The translations under genes were made by a program, and so were the position numbers. The notes beneath the pieces are model-generated. The model made no database searches. It was not told the origin of the DNA and was given only the letters and a program-made list of their open reading frames with translations. 64,000 nt of DNA from positions 1-64,000 of IMG/VR virus record IMGVR_UViG_3300032245_001860; one strand, written 5' to 3'. Of the stretch, positions 9,803 to 19,100 are shown in pieces; position 1 is the first letter of the stretch, and every line of letters starts with the position of its first letter.

Positions 9803-10644
9803 TTGACTATAATAGTATTGCAGTTCGCTGTAATACTATTTTTTTATAGGTATGTAATGAAGAAGATTCATATTTCCAATTTCAGGAAGAAGCATGGTGT
9901 AGAGTTGTTTGCACAAGTGTCAGAAGCAGTCAAGAAGTCTAACTGCGATAGTCATGTAATGAAGAATTCCTTTGTAAACATTTCAAAGATTATTCAACAG
10001 CTACCAGAAAATGAAATCAAAACCAAGTTTGTGAATTGGGCCTCAGGTTATGATTTCGCTGTTATTGATGTAGTGTAATTTATTTACAAGATCTTCATGG
10101 GGTGGTAAGATTACCACCCCATTTTTCTATGTCAAATAAATTTTTATGTGATACAATGTGCTATGAACAAACTTATGCATCTTACCAGTGAATTAGATTC
10201 GCACATCAGTATGGTTGATTTTTTTGAAACCCTTGAGAAATGTCATGAGTATGGCAAAGTGATAGTTCAAGACAAGCAAGGACAAAATTATAAAATTCAT
10301 TCTGTACAGGAAGATGACAATCTCAATACTATCTTGATGATAGTACCAGAGTATAATCCAGATGAAGATGAAGATTGGGAAGAATGAAACCTATTACAAT
10401 AAGAAAAACATTAGCCAGATTTGCTTTTTATGCAAGTGAAATTAAATCAGGTAAAGAACATAAGATGATATTGGAATCTATGGATTTTACTGAAGATGAT
10501 TTCCAATATATGATAGAGCAATCATTGAAAATCGCTAACAGTGATGATTATGATTTAGATGTTGTTCTCACTGACCACACGCACAAAAGTCCTATTGGTG
10601 GATGTTATATTTCAAAAGATGGTACCAATCTTGCATGGTTGTAA
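9803..10644 (+). CDS. Three small hypothetical genes (ending 10078, 10387 and 10644)
   Basis: Co-oriented ORFs with sigma70-like promoters; true starts likely downstream of the ORF-track starts. Confidence 0.55.
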
Positions 10645-10664
10645 TTTTTGTGTATAAAAAATTC

Positions 10665-10760
10665 AACGCAGATGACATTCCCCTTTCTTCATCTGCCAGT
10701 GTTGTACAGGTCTGCAACACAACAAAACAGGCAAGAATCCTCCACTTGCCTGTTTTTATT
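10665..10760 (+). ncRNA. Putative three-hairpin small RNA with anti-SD loops
   Basis: Promoter TTGCAT-N16-TATAAA (10631-10658); hairpins GCAGATGA/TCATCTGC (loop CATTCCCCTTTCT), GTGTTG/CAACAC, and terminator AAAACAGGCAAG/CTTGCCTGTTTT (loop AATCCTCCA). Confidence 0.6.
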
Positions 10761-10794
10761 TGACTATTCCAGTATACAACGATATAATGGTTAT

Positions 10795-11190
10795 ATGAAA
10801 ATCGCTATTAGTGCTTTTTCCAATCAAGAAGACTTGACTGCATTTTTTGTCATTGATTGCAGTAACAGTTTGCATTTAGACTTGGAAGATTTTATCTCTA
10901 ATCATAAATCTGAAGAATTTATGTCTTTCAAAACTGATGATGTTTATTTAATTACCGGAACATATCATTATCTGAGAAAAAAAGTAAGTTTTTCTGAAAT
11001 CTTTAAAAATCAATACACAAACAAAGTGACTGATTTCAATTATTCAAAGAAGCAACCTGAATCAATCAAGATTTATGCAAATCGTTTTTTGTGCTATTTT
11101 TATGCTGAAAAAGATGGCATTGTATACCAATCTCATGATATGACAGTAGATATAGTTAAAGATTGGTGCAAGGAGTTAGTAGTTGTCTGA
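10795..11190 (+). CDS. Hypothetical protein (leaderless start)
   Basis: ATG 6 nt after TATAAT (10783-10788); the ORF-track extension to 10648 runs through a terminator. Confidence 0.65.
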   Translation: MKIAISAFSNQEDLTAFFVIDCSNSLHLDLEDFISNHKSEEFMSFKTDDVYLITGTYHYLRKKVSFSEIFKNQYTNKVTDFNYSKKQPESIKIYANRFLCYFYAEKDGIVYQSHDMTVDIVKDWCKELVVV

Positions 11191-11512
11191 CCAAGTATGG
11201 ATTTATTTTTCAAAGACTGGCACAGGATATGAAATCAAAGGTTCTGATGCTATTTCTGGATTTGATGCATTTATAAACATGGATGGTACATATCTTGTTG
11301 AGTATTGCTATTCTGACTTGAAAGACTCAATGCATTTCTTTATCTATGAATGGGATAATTCTCAAAAGAAACGCAGAACAGTTTTTGAGGGATATCAAAG
11401 ACAAAACATCCTTGTGAACTTTGCCAAGAATGTTCATGTTTGTCATAATGTTAGACAAGCAATCTACAAAGAATACATGATGGATTTGGAAGAACAAGAT
11501 GCAAACTCGTGA
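11183..11512 (+). CDS. Hypothetical protein
   Basis: AAGGAG RBS, TTG start, coupled to neighbours. Confidence 0.6.
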   Translation: MSDQVWIYFSKTGTGYEIKGSDAISGFDAFINMDGTYLVEYCYSDLKDSMHFFIYEWDNSQKKRRTVFEGYQRQNILVNFAKNVHVCHNVRQAIYKEYMMDLEEQDANS

Positions 11513-12011
11513 ACAGAGACTTAAGTATTTAAATAAAACCATAGACACACTTTGGCATGGTGTTCAAGAAACAAAGACTGGTGATTATCCAAAGATTGTC
11601 AACCTGTATAAAGAAGTGCTGAAAATCGAACCAAAAGACAGAGATGCTTGGGAAAATATGGTTTGGTTGATGTGGAGCTTGGCTATTAATAATAAAGATA
11701 CTGCTTGGCTTTTAGAGGCTGAAAAGTTTGTAAAAAGATATCTTTCTATTATGCCAAATGGATACCGTTCTTATGAATATGTTGGTATGTTTTATCGCTC
11801 AATGATAAAAGATGAAAAGTTAGCGGTGAGATATTATGAATCTGCAATTAGATGGAAAGATGCTCCAAAGAGCACTCATCATTCTCTTATTAACTTGTGC
11901 GTTAAATCTAATGACAAAATAAAAGCCATTGGGTATTGCAAAATGACTCTTGCCAGATTCCCCAATGACCCTTATACGAAATCGAAACTACAATCTTTAC
12001 TTAAGAATTAA
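11499..12011 (+). CDS. TPR-repeat protein
   Basis: Helical repeats YKEVLKIEP, A..YYESAI and LARFPND. Confidence 0.65.
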   Translation: MQTREQRLKYLNKTIDTLWHGVQETKTGDYPKIVNLYKEVLKIEPKDRDAWENMVWLMWSLAINNKDTAWLLEAEKFVKRYLSIMPNGYRSYEYVGMFYRSMIKDEKLAVRYYESAIRWKDAPKSTHHSLINLCVKSNDKIKAIGYCKMTLARFPNDPYTKSKLQSLLKN

Positions 12012-12368
12012 TTTTTCATATGGAATTGAAATAGGAGCACCTTGGGTCTTTCCATCTTTTAAGCGGATAACAACAACATAAACTTTACCATTATGTCTGT
12101 AATCATCAAGAACGCTACCTGTTTCAATTTCTTTATGTTTATCGAGCCATGTAATTTGCTTTCCAACATCAATGATTCTGTCTTCGTTTCGAGCTATTAA
12201 CTCAGAATGAAGCATAGCATTTTTTGTTTTCAATTCATTTACATCTTCGTCTAACTTATTGTTTAACTCTATCAGGTTATTATTATTGTCTTTGAGATTT
12301 GTGTACATTAATGCCAACACGCCACAAAGAAATAATAACAAAGTGAACAATATACTCATTACTATCAT
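11997..12368 (-). CDS. Membrane-anchored coiled-coil protein
   Basis: N-terminal hydrophobic helix followed by coiled coil; AGGAGG RBS. Confidence 0.65.
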   Translation of the reverse strand: MIVMSILFTLLLFLCGVLALMYTNLKDNNNNLIELNNKLDEDVNELKTKNAMLHSELIARNEDRIIDVGKQITWLDKHKEIETGSVLDDYRHNGKVYVVVIRLKDGKTQGAPISIPYEKLILK

Positions 12369-12385
12369 TTTATCCGCCTCCTAAA

Positions 12386-12670
12386 TTGTATTATACTCAT
12401 ATGAAAGAAATAATAACTGCAATAGCCAAAAATGGAACCTTTAAGGAAAATAAGATCCTTAGGCCTCATCTCATGGACAGGTTAGGTTTGAGATTAATTT
12501 TTCCTGAAGGCGCACAATGTATTCTCTGGACTAATGGTAGAAAATATTACGCCAGGTGTGAAGCTTTTGGTTCTTTATTTACTGTAAACATTCCACAAAA
12601 AATAGGTGATGATATCTGGTTAAGATTCAAAACTCAATTTGAAGGAAATTATTCTTATGAGGACATTTGA
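12386..12670 (+). CDS. Hypothetical protein (start likely 12401)
   Basis: ORF ends immediately before palindrome 12671. Confidence 0.55.
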   Translation: MYYTHMKEIITAIAKNGTFKENKILRPHLMDRLGLRLIFPEGAQCILWTNGRKYYARCEAFGSLFTVNIPQKIGDDIWLRFKTQFEGNYSYEDI

Positions 12671-12774
12671 TGGGGTGATAATATTATCACCCCAAGATCC
12701 TTTTAGCAAATAATTAATTTTTCTTGCATCAGTATACCATTTGTGATATAAAAGAGTATCGAAAGGTTACTACA

Positions 12775-13116
12775 ATGAACAAGAACGAAATCATCTCCAA
12801 GTTTATGTCTATTGTCGAAAAGCACGTTGATGCTATTGACAACACTGCTCAAGCAAAAGTCAATTATAACAATGCTTCTTTCGCATTAACTGACAAAGTA
12901 AATGCAATCTATCTAAACCATGATTCAAAAGAACTTGGTAGCAATGCAGAAATTCGTGGTGCTAAAATTGCATCTTTGACCAGTGCAGAACAACAAGCAA
13001 TTCGTACACTGGAAAACGAACTTGAAATTGCTCGTGCTAAGGAAGCCAGAACCAAAGCAGAAGTAGAGCAAATGAAGTACATTATTCGTGCTTTAGAAGC
13101 CAAAGCAGAAGCCTAA
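12775..13116 (+). CDS. Coiled-coil hypothetical protein
   Basis: GAAAGG RBS; LGSNAEIR motif followed by heptad repeats. Confidence 0.7.
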   Translation: MNKNEIISKFMSIVEKHVDAIDNTAQAKVNYNNASFALTDKVNAIYLNHDSKELGSNAEIRGAKIASLTSAEQQAIRTLENELEIARAKEARTKAEVEQMKYIIRALEAKAEA

Positions 13117-13177
13117 TCACAAGGGGGATTGAAAAATCCCCCTTGACATACTTAATTATATCAGGTATCATTAACCC

Positions 13178-13450
13178 ATGAAGAAACCACATATCCTTAT
13201 TGAGCGTTTTCAGCCAACAACAGACAACACCATTTATCAGGTGTACTTTGCTAATGGCTCATCAAAAACAATCCTCTCTTCCAGTCCTTTCAAACAAGGT
13301 GCATATCAGAATGCTCACCGTGAAGCAAAGAAGAACAATGTTCCCTTGTATGAAACGTACTATGTAAAAACCATTGACCGAAATGGCTTTGAGAGCATCG
13401 TTCCTACCAAAGTTGTTGAAGTACCATTGGAGAAAACAACAACCAACTAA
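13178..13450 (+). CDS. Hypothetical protein (leaderless start)
   Basis: TTGACA-N17-TATCAT-N6-ATG. Confidence 0.65.
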   Translation: MKKPHILIERFQPTTDNTIYQVYFANGSSKTILSSSPFKQGAYQNAHREAKKNNVPLYETYYVKTIDRNGFESIVPTKVVEVPLEKTTTN

Positions 13451-13587
13451 TCACATCCCTTGGCTTTTGTCAAGGGATATTTTTTATTTGTCAAGCTCTC
13501 CCTTGGGGTGGTAATCTTACCACCCCATTTTATTTTGTCAAATAAATTAATTTTTGTTGCAAGGTTAGTATATTGTGATATACTTTT

Positions 13588-13917
13588 ATGTGTAAGGAGA
13601 TGGAGATGGAACTTTCGATTCGTGGTATATTGACAGCCAACTTTGAGTTGACAATTGATGAAGCAGATTTTTCTGATGCTTGTGAGAGTGTAGAACTTGA
13701 CCCAGAAAAGTTCAAGAAATTCACTTTCGCACAATGGCAAAAACTCCGTGATGCTTTGATTGACACCACTTGCAACATGGAAAGTGAAATTGACTATGTG
13801 GAAATCCATGAGCAAAACACTGTGTCTGTGGATGAGATTCACATTGATGACACTGACAACATGACCATTGTGACTTATCAACATGATGGTAAAGTAGATT
13901 CAGTAGATATCCAATAA
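13588..13917 (+). CDS. Acidic hypothetical protein
   Basis: AAGGAG RBS, D/E-rich, followed by terminator. Confidence 0.65.
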   Translation: MCKEMEMELSIRGILTANFELTIDEADFSDACESVELDPEKFKKFTFAQWQKLRDALIDTTCNMESEIDYVEIHEQNTVSVDEIHIDDTDNMTIVTYQHDGKVDSVDIQ

Positions 13918-14198
13918 AGAAAGGATGGGTGGGATTTTCCCACCCTACTTTAATCAAATGTTCTTTGATGATTATCCTATAGTAATCTGGTTTGTTCGCA
14001 AAATCAAAAACAGTTATTGTTTATATGATTCTTGTGGGCAACTTGTAATGCGACGAGATGAAAAAAGAAAAAAAGACATATACCAATACTGTGAAGATAA
14101 TGGTATTGATTTACAAGAAGAATTCTAACCAGCTCAGACTGGTTTTTTTATTTGACAAGTGAATCTGGGGTGATAATATTATCACCCCAGAGGGTGGA

Positions 14199-14813
14199 TT
14201 ACCCACCCTCTTTTATAAAATCTTTTGAAATTACTTGATTGAACTTTCTTGGGTCATACCAGAAACATCCAAAACAAGTACCAAGATAGTTTTCGTTACC
14301 TGTAATCCAACCAGCAGAATAACCTAATCTTCTTGCATCATACCTTTTGTTTGTTTGTTCGCAGATATTACAATGTGTTCTTTTTGTATCATTGCAAGTT
14401 TTGTGTAAAGGTTGAAAATCATCTTCTTTTTGTTTGCTGATGTCTTCGTAAGTCTCAGGTGAATATCTACCATCCTTATGGTCACATTCTATTCGAGCGG
14501 CAGAATCTACAATTCTACATCTTTGTTTTTTTATGGATTTTCTAATATCACTTCGTATATTAGATTCTTTAGATTTATCTACAAAGCCATCAAGTTTTAT
14601 TGCAGTAAGTTTTCCACCAACAATAGTTTTTCTCAAAACATAGTCTTTGAGAGGCCCTCTGTCATCTTGTGCCCAACTACCATTTGTTGTATGGAAACTT
14701 ACACCAAAGTGATTCTGCAACTCTTCGAATGTTATCCATTCAGTTATTCCATCAACAGGCTTCGCATATTCAAAAAACATACGACCATATTCTGCTGGTT
14801 TTAGATTAGCCAT
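14199..14813 (-). CDS. HNH-type restriction endonuclease, NlaIII/IceA family
   Basis: IECDHKDGR, DFQPLHKTCNDTKR.HC..C, RYDA and C.GCFWYDP match the IceA1/R.NlaIII pattern; overlaps the MTase stop codon. Confidence 0.75.
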   Translation of the reverse strand: MANLKPAEYGRMFFEYAKPVDGITEWITFEELQNHFGVSFHTTNGSWAQDDRGPLKDYVLRKTIVGGKLTAIKLDGFVDKSKESNIRSDIRKSIKKQRCRIVDSAARIECDHKDGRYSPETYEDISKQKEDDFQPLHKTCNDTKRTHCNICEQTNKRYDARRLGYSAGWITGNENYLGTCFGCFWYDPRKFNQVISKDFIKEGG

Positions 14814-15510
14814 TTAGTTTACCGATTCTTTCTGTTGCTTTTGTAAAGTATGTTTCGTCCAACTCACAGCCAATGAATTTACGTTTGGTGTTATGACAAG
14901 CCACAGCACAAGAAGCAGAGCCAGCAAAACAATCCAAAACTAAATCACCTTCATTGGAATGTTTAGTAATTAAAGCTTGAAGTAGATTGAGAGGCTTTTG
15001 GGTAGGATGGAATCTATCTCTTTCATGACAGATTGCAAATTCATATATACCCTTATCATATTCGGAATGAAATGTTGGTTTCGAGCCTTTGATTGCAGTG
15101 AGAGCAATTTCTCTTGAATTAGTGAGGTAATTGATTTTCGAATTGATTGGAACTGGATTTGTCTTGACCCATTCTATAAATCTCAACTGCTTAAACTTAG
15201 CATCTTCAATCCATTTTTTAAGTGTTTCAATTTTCCAAAGGTCATAGAAACAAATAATCGTTCCACCGGGTTTTAGAATGCGATAACATTCTTCCATTAC
15301 CTTATCAAGAGCAAAAATCTCATTGTCCCATTCTCCAAACTCGTAGGACATTTTGAATCTTTCCACACCTTTTTCACCACAAGATTCAAAACCTGTAGGG
15401 CGAGAAATTGTATATGGTGGGTCAATCAAAACAAGATTGACACTTTTATCTTCTACTGTTGGCAAAAAATCCAAACAAGATTGATTTACCAGAGATATGT
15501 TTTCATTCAT
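14806..15510 (-). CDS. Beta-class N6-adenine/N4-cytosine DNA methyltransferase
   Basis: IDPPY, HPTQKP and VLDCFAGS motifs in beta order. Confidence 0.93.
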   Translation of the reverse strand: MNENISLVNQSCLDFLPTVEDKSVNLVLIDPPYTISRPTGFESCGEKGVERFKMSYEFGEWDNEIFALDKVMEECYRILKPGGTIICFYDLWKIETLKKWIEDAKFKQLRFIEWVKTNPVPINSKINYLTNSREIALTAIKGSKPTFHSEYDKGIYEFAICHERDRFHPTQKPLNLLQALITKHSNEGDLVLDCFAGSASCAVACHNTKRKFIGCELDETYFTKATERIGKLNG

Positions 15511-15588
15511 AATGAATTATACCATACGATATAGGATGCAAGAAATTAATTTTTTTATTTGACATCTGATCTTGGGGTGATAATATTA

Positions 15589-15759
15589 TCACCCCATAAA
15601 TAAAGAATCGCCAGAACTTTTATCCTGGCGATTTTTGTGCTTATCTTTTCGAGTGTATTTAGTTTTATCTTTAAACACTATGGGTCTTTGCCTACTTGCT
15701 CGCATCATTTCTGTTCCTGATGCAAGATTCAGCTCCTCAACATACTTTCTCTTTTTCAT
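15589..15759 (-). CDS. ArfA/BrfA-like alternative ribosome rescue factor, 56 aa (not in ORF track)
   Basis: AGGAG RBS; MKKRKYVEELNLASGTEMMRASRQRPIVFKDKTKYTRKDKHKNRQDKSSGDSLFMG; terminator hairpin lies inside the ORF before the stop. Confidence 0.65.
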   Translation of the reverse strand: MKKRKYVEELNLASGTEMMRASRQRPIVFKDKTKYTRKDKHKNRQDKSSGDSLFMG

Positions 15760-16069
15760 TTTGAACTCCTATCCAGCCATATGTTTCTGAGTGGTTTTTA
15801 AAATCTTCCACTAACTTATAGTATTCATTCTCGTATATTGTATACAAAGACTTGAATCTTTTTTGGTATTTTGTTTCTGATAATCTTTTTGCCATGTATT
15901 TGACAGTAGTACTACATAAATCCTCTGACATGGTAAAGCCTGTAATATCTTGCACTAAAATTTCATAATGATGAAAATGATTCCATTGCCCTAAACAATC
16001 ACCATTAGAAGTCATCCAGAAAACTTTCTTCATCTCTGCTCTCCCACTACAATATACCAAACTATACAC
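15737..16069 (-). CDS. Hypothetical protein (start likely MKKVFW)
   Basis: ORF in cassette, upstream of the ArfA-like gene. Confidence 0.55.
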   Translation of the reverse strand: MYSLVYCSGRAEMKKVFWMTSNGDCLGQWNHFHHYEILVQDITGFTMSEDLCSTTVKYMAKRLSETKYQKRFKSLYTIYENEYYKLVEDFKNHSETYGWIGVQNEKEKVC

Positions 16070-16196
16070 AAATCTGCAACAAAATTAATTTATTTGACAT
16101 TATGTCTTGGGGTGATAATATTATCACCCCAGATTCAATATTTGTCCATAAAATAATATAATGATACAATAGGTCATCAACTATAAGGAGATTCTT

Positions 16197-16884
16197 GTGT
16201 TTGACCCATCCAACATTGTCAACCCAGAGTATTGGTTTGACAAGCCGCTTATATATACAAACCATGCCAGAGAAAGATGTTTAGAACGTGCAATATTGTT
16301 TTATGATTTTATTCCGATAAATTCTAAACTTATGGATTGCGAAAAAGATAACAACAATAACATCACTTTTTTATGTTTCAAGATAAATGAACGAGGAGAT
16401 TGTTTTATTGTAACTCATGATGGTGTGGTAATTACAGTGTTCAACTGCCATGATAGAGGTTTTAATAAATACACTCATAGAAAGAACTTAAGAAGGCAAC
16501 ATAAGAATAATCTGATTGCTTATTTTGGAGATAGCACACACAGATTAATCCCAAGGAAATTTGCCAAGAGATGAGGACAAAATGAATATAAATCTTACTG
16601 AATTTGGAGACTGTATAGTTGTTAGAGGTACATATAAAGAAACTGGCCATTTGTCTGTTTTGATTACAGATTTAGAAAATAAAGTATTGGCACAAATTTC
16701 AAAAGATTTACCTAATGCATCTACATTATCTGAGGATGAATTTTATTTTGATTCAAAAGAATACAGTGGTTTATCTTCTCAACTTTTAGCGTTACCAGAG
16801 TTTACAAAAACTACAAGGAAAACTAAATCTTCAAGTTTGTTTGATGATACTGTTTATTATATTTGGAAATTTACTGGAGCATAA
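16197..16884 (+). CDS. Two hypothetical genes (16197-16574 and ~16582-16884)
   Basis: AAGGAG RBS with GTG start; first has YTNHARER...VVITV motif; terminator at 16885-16912. Confidence 0.6.
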
Positions 16885-16913
16885 AAAAATCCCTCTTCGG
16901 AGGGATTTTTCTT

Positions 16914-17120
16914 TTAACTGTACTTTATATTCTCTACTAAAACATAAAACTCCATGGGTGTTTTGTTCAATACATTACACAACTTAACCAAGTTTTTAGA
17001 ACTTGGAATCCTCTGACCTGATAACCAGCTACTAACATGAGGCTGAGAAGTGCCTACTCTTTCTGCTATTTCCTTCTGAGTTAAACCATTCTGTAGTTCC
17101 GATATAAAAAATCTTTTCAC
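16914..17120 (-). CDS. XRE-family HTH transcriptional regulator
   Basis: GLTQKEIAERVGTSQPHVSSWLSGQRIPS; GGAGG RBS before GTG at 17120. Confidence 0.88.
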   Translation of the reverse strand: MKRFFISELQNGLTQKEIAERVGTSQPHVSSWLSGQRIPSSKNLVKLCNVLNKTPMEFYVLVENIKYS

Positions 17121-17275
17121 ATTACAAACCTCCAAGCATAATAATACCACAATATACCACTGTAGACAAATATTATTTATGGGGTGATAATATTATCACC
17201 CCAAGCTGAGTAAATAAAGTAAATTCCATTATGACATATGTGATATAATTGGATATCAAAGACTGGGAGAATCAA

Positions 17276-17488
17276 ATGGATAAAAGGATGGAAGTTATCA
17301 TCTTACAAAAAGGTATGACACAAAAAGAGATAGCAGAGAGAGTGGGAGTACATCAACCCAAAGTTTCAGAATGGCTTAGAGGAGTAAGAATTCCAAATTC
17401 GAAGTTATTATATAAACTTGCTGAAGTCTTAGAAGAAGAACCAGCAGTGTTAGTAGATAAGTTAAAGCAAATATCAGAGTTAGAATAG
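17276..17488 (+). CDS. XRE-family HTH transcriptional regulator (paralogue, divergent)
   Basis: GMTQKEIAERVGVHQPKVSEWLRGVRIPN; GGGAG RBS. Confidence 0.88.
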   Translation: MDKRMEVIILQKGMTQKEIAERVGVHQPKVSEWLRGVRIPNSKLLYKLAEVLEEEPAVLVDKLKQISELE

Positions 17489-17517
17489 AAAATCCCCCAG
17501 AAATGGGGGATTTTAGT

Positions 17518-17829
17518 TTAGTCCATGATTACGCTGAGTCTGTCTTCTTTTGTCTTTATATGACCAGAAAACCAGCCATTTTTAGAAGGCTCAATCTCAG
17601 ACACAGATTCAACCAGATTCAATTGGTGCTTGTACACCTCTTCAAGTGATACAATCTGCTGTTGGATGTTTTCTGCTATTGCTTTGTTTATTGCAAGCAT
17701 CTCAATCTTGATATCTTGAAGAGCGACAATCTGATTGCGAGTTGACAAAAGAATCTCACGAAGCCTGTCCGAATTTTTAGTAGTTCTCATAACTACCTCC
17801 TTATGATAGAAGTATATCACAATATACAA
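17518..17829 (-). CDS. Hypothetical coiled-coil protein (start likely MRTTKN)
   Basis: AAGGAGG RBS. Confidence 0.6.
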   Translation of the reverse strand: MYIVIYFYHKEVVMRTTKNSDRLREILLSTRNQIVALQDIKIEMLAINKAIAENIQQQIVSLEEVYKHQLNLVESVSEIEPSKNGWFSGHIKTKEDRLSVIMD

Positions 17830-17955
17830 GCCTCACCACTAAATTAATAATTTATTTTTGTATTGAATCTGGGGTTATAATATTATAACCCCAAGAGCTA
17901 TTATGCAAATAAAAAAATATCCCTTGACTTTCGTCAAGGGATATGGTTGTGGAGT

Positions 17956-18156
17956 TTAGTAATCGTCTCCGTCATAACCACCATAGTCTTCATCGGTTCC
18001 GAAACCAGCAGAAGCCAATGCATCAGCATCCATCCAAGATTCATCCTCATAAGGCTCATCGCATTCCTGTTCTTCAAAGTCCTCTTCCCAATCTCTTGGG
18101 TCGAGGTCAACGCTTGGGAAAATTCTTGCTTCCAGTTCTGCTTCAGTGTAATCCAT
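17956..18156 (-). CDS. Very acidic 66-aa protein
   Basis: AAGGAG RBS; MDYTEAELE...DADALASAGFGTDEDY. Confidence 0.7.
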   Translation of the reverse strand: MDYTEAELEARIFPSVDLDPRDWEEDFEEQECDEPYEDESWMDADALASAGFGTDEDYGGYDGDDY

Positions 18157-18187
18157 CTCTATCTCCTTACTCCTAAAGTATACCACA

Positions 18188-18538
18188 TTATACTGAGGTG
18201 TCAACTGTATCCCAGCCAGCTGGAGCACCTTTCTTCCAATCAATTTCTTTTGTATCATTCCAAGTTGCAGGGCAATTAGATTCTACGAATAAAGCAAAGT
18301 CTGATGCCTCTTCGTCATCTCTAAGGTAATATACTACCGCTTCGTAGTATGACCCGTAATCGCTACCATCTTCACGCTTAATGCCAAACCAAGCACCTTC
18401 AGGAACATTAAGAAATATGTCCTTGAGCATCTGTACATACTTGCGAACCTCTGCTACATGAGCAGAATAATCATGCATATCCACACATTCTTCTTCGCAT
18501 GGGTTTGGTCCAAGGTAAAACCAGTTCTTTTTATCCAT
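18188..18538 (-). CDS. Hypothetical phage protein (leaderless start)
   Basis: LGPNPCEEEC and DYGSYYEAVVYY motifs; TATACT-N6-ATG. Confidence 0.7.
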   Translation of the reverse strand: MDKKNWFYLGPNPCEEECVDMHDYSAHVAEVRKYVQMLKDIFLNVPEGAWFGIKREDGSDYGSYYEAVVYYLRDDEEASDFALFVESNCPATWNDTKEIDWKKGAPAGWDTVDTSV

Positions 18539-18625
18539 GACGTAAGTATACCATAATATACTACCTGTTCAAGAAAAATTAATTTATTTGACAAAATTAT
18601 TTGGGGTGATTTTTATATCACCCCA

Positions 18626-18706
18626 AAAAAAGCCCAGCAATAAATTACTGAGCTTTTTCTGAAGGAGTTTGAAATGAATAACAAGTTGAAAATGAAAGGT
18701 TCAACA
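18626..18706 (-). ncRNA. Putative small antisense RNA complementary to an RBS+AUG
   Basis: TTGACA-N16-TATACT promoter (18739-18712), no sense ORF, terminator at 18626-18658; complementary to GAAGGAGTTTGAAATG. Confidence 0.6.
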
Positions 18707-18761
18707 TGTTAAGTATACCTGTTTTTCAAATAATGTCAAGGGGAATTTCTTCCCCTTGTTT

Positions 18762-19100
18762 TTAGTTTAATTTAGATGATTGGCAAATTATGCATTTACC
18801 AATAATGCCTACCTCATCAGTACCGTATGCCTCACGGTACATATTGGTGGCAATCATATTCACTACAGGATATGCTCTAAGCAATGCCTCTTCGTCGCAA
18901 ATAAGAATCAAGTCATCCTTAAGATTTACCACTTGGATAAGTTCACAACCTAATGCTTCGTATAGGGAATCAAGCGTAAACTCACCCTTGTATTCATAAA
19001 CGTCACGACTTGGCGTGATAACAAATGACTTGCCAGATTTAATCTGGTCAAGCATCACATTCAAAGCCAACACTGGAAGTCCAATCATCGTATACCTCAC
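18762..19100 (-). CDS. DUF3846-like protein
   Basis: LYEALGCELIQVV, LICDEEALL..PVVN.IAT and IIGKCII motifs. Confidence 0.65.
   Translation of the reverse strand: MRYTMIGLPVLALNVMLDQIKSGKSFVITPSRDVYEYKGEFTLDSLYEALGCELIQVVNLKDDLILICDEEALLRAYPVVNMIATNMYREAYGTDEVGIIGKCIICQSSKLN

Noticed and set aside
10648-10794. N-terminal extension of the 180-aa ORF
   Set aside because: Overlaps hairpins and a terminator; a promoter precedes ATG 10795
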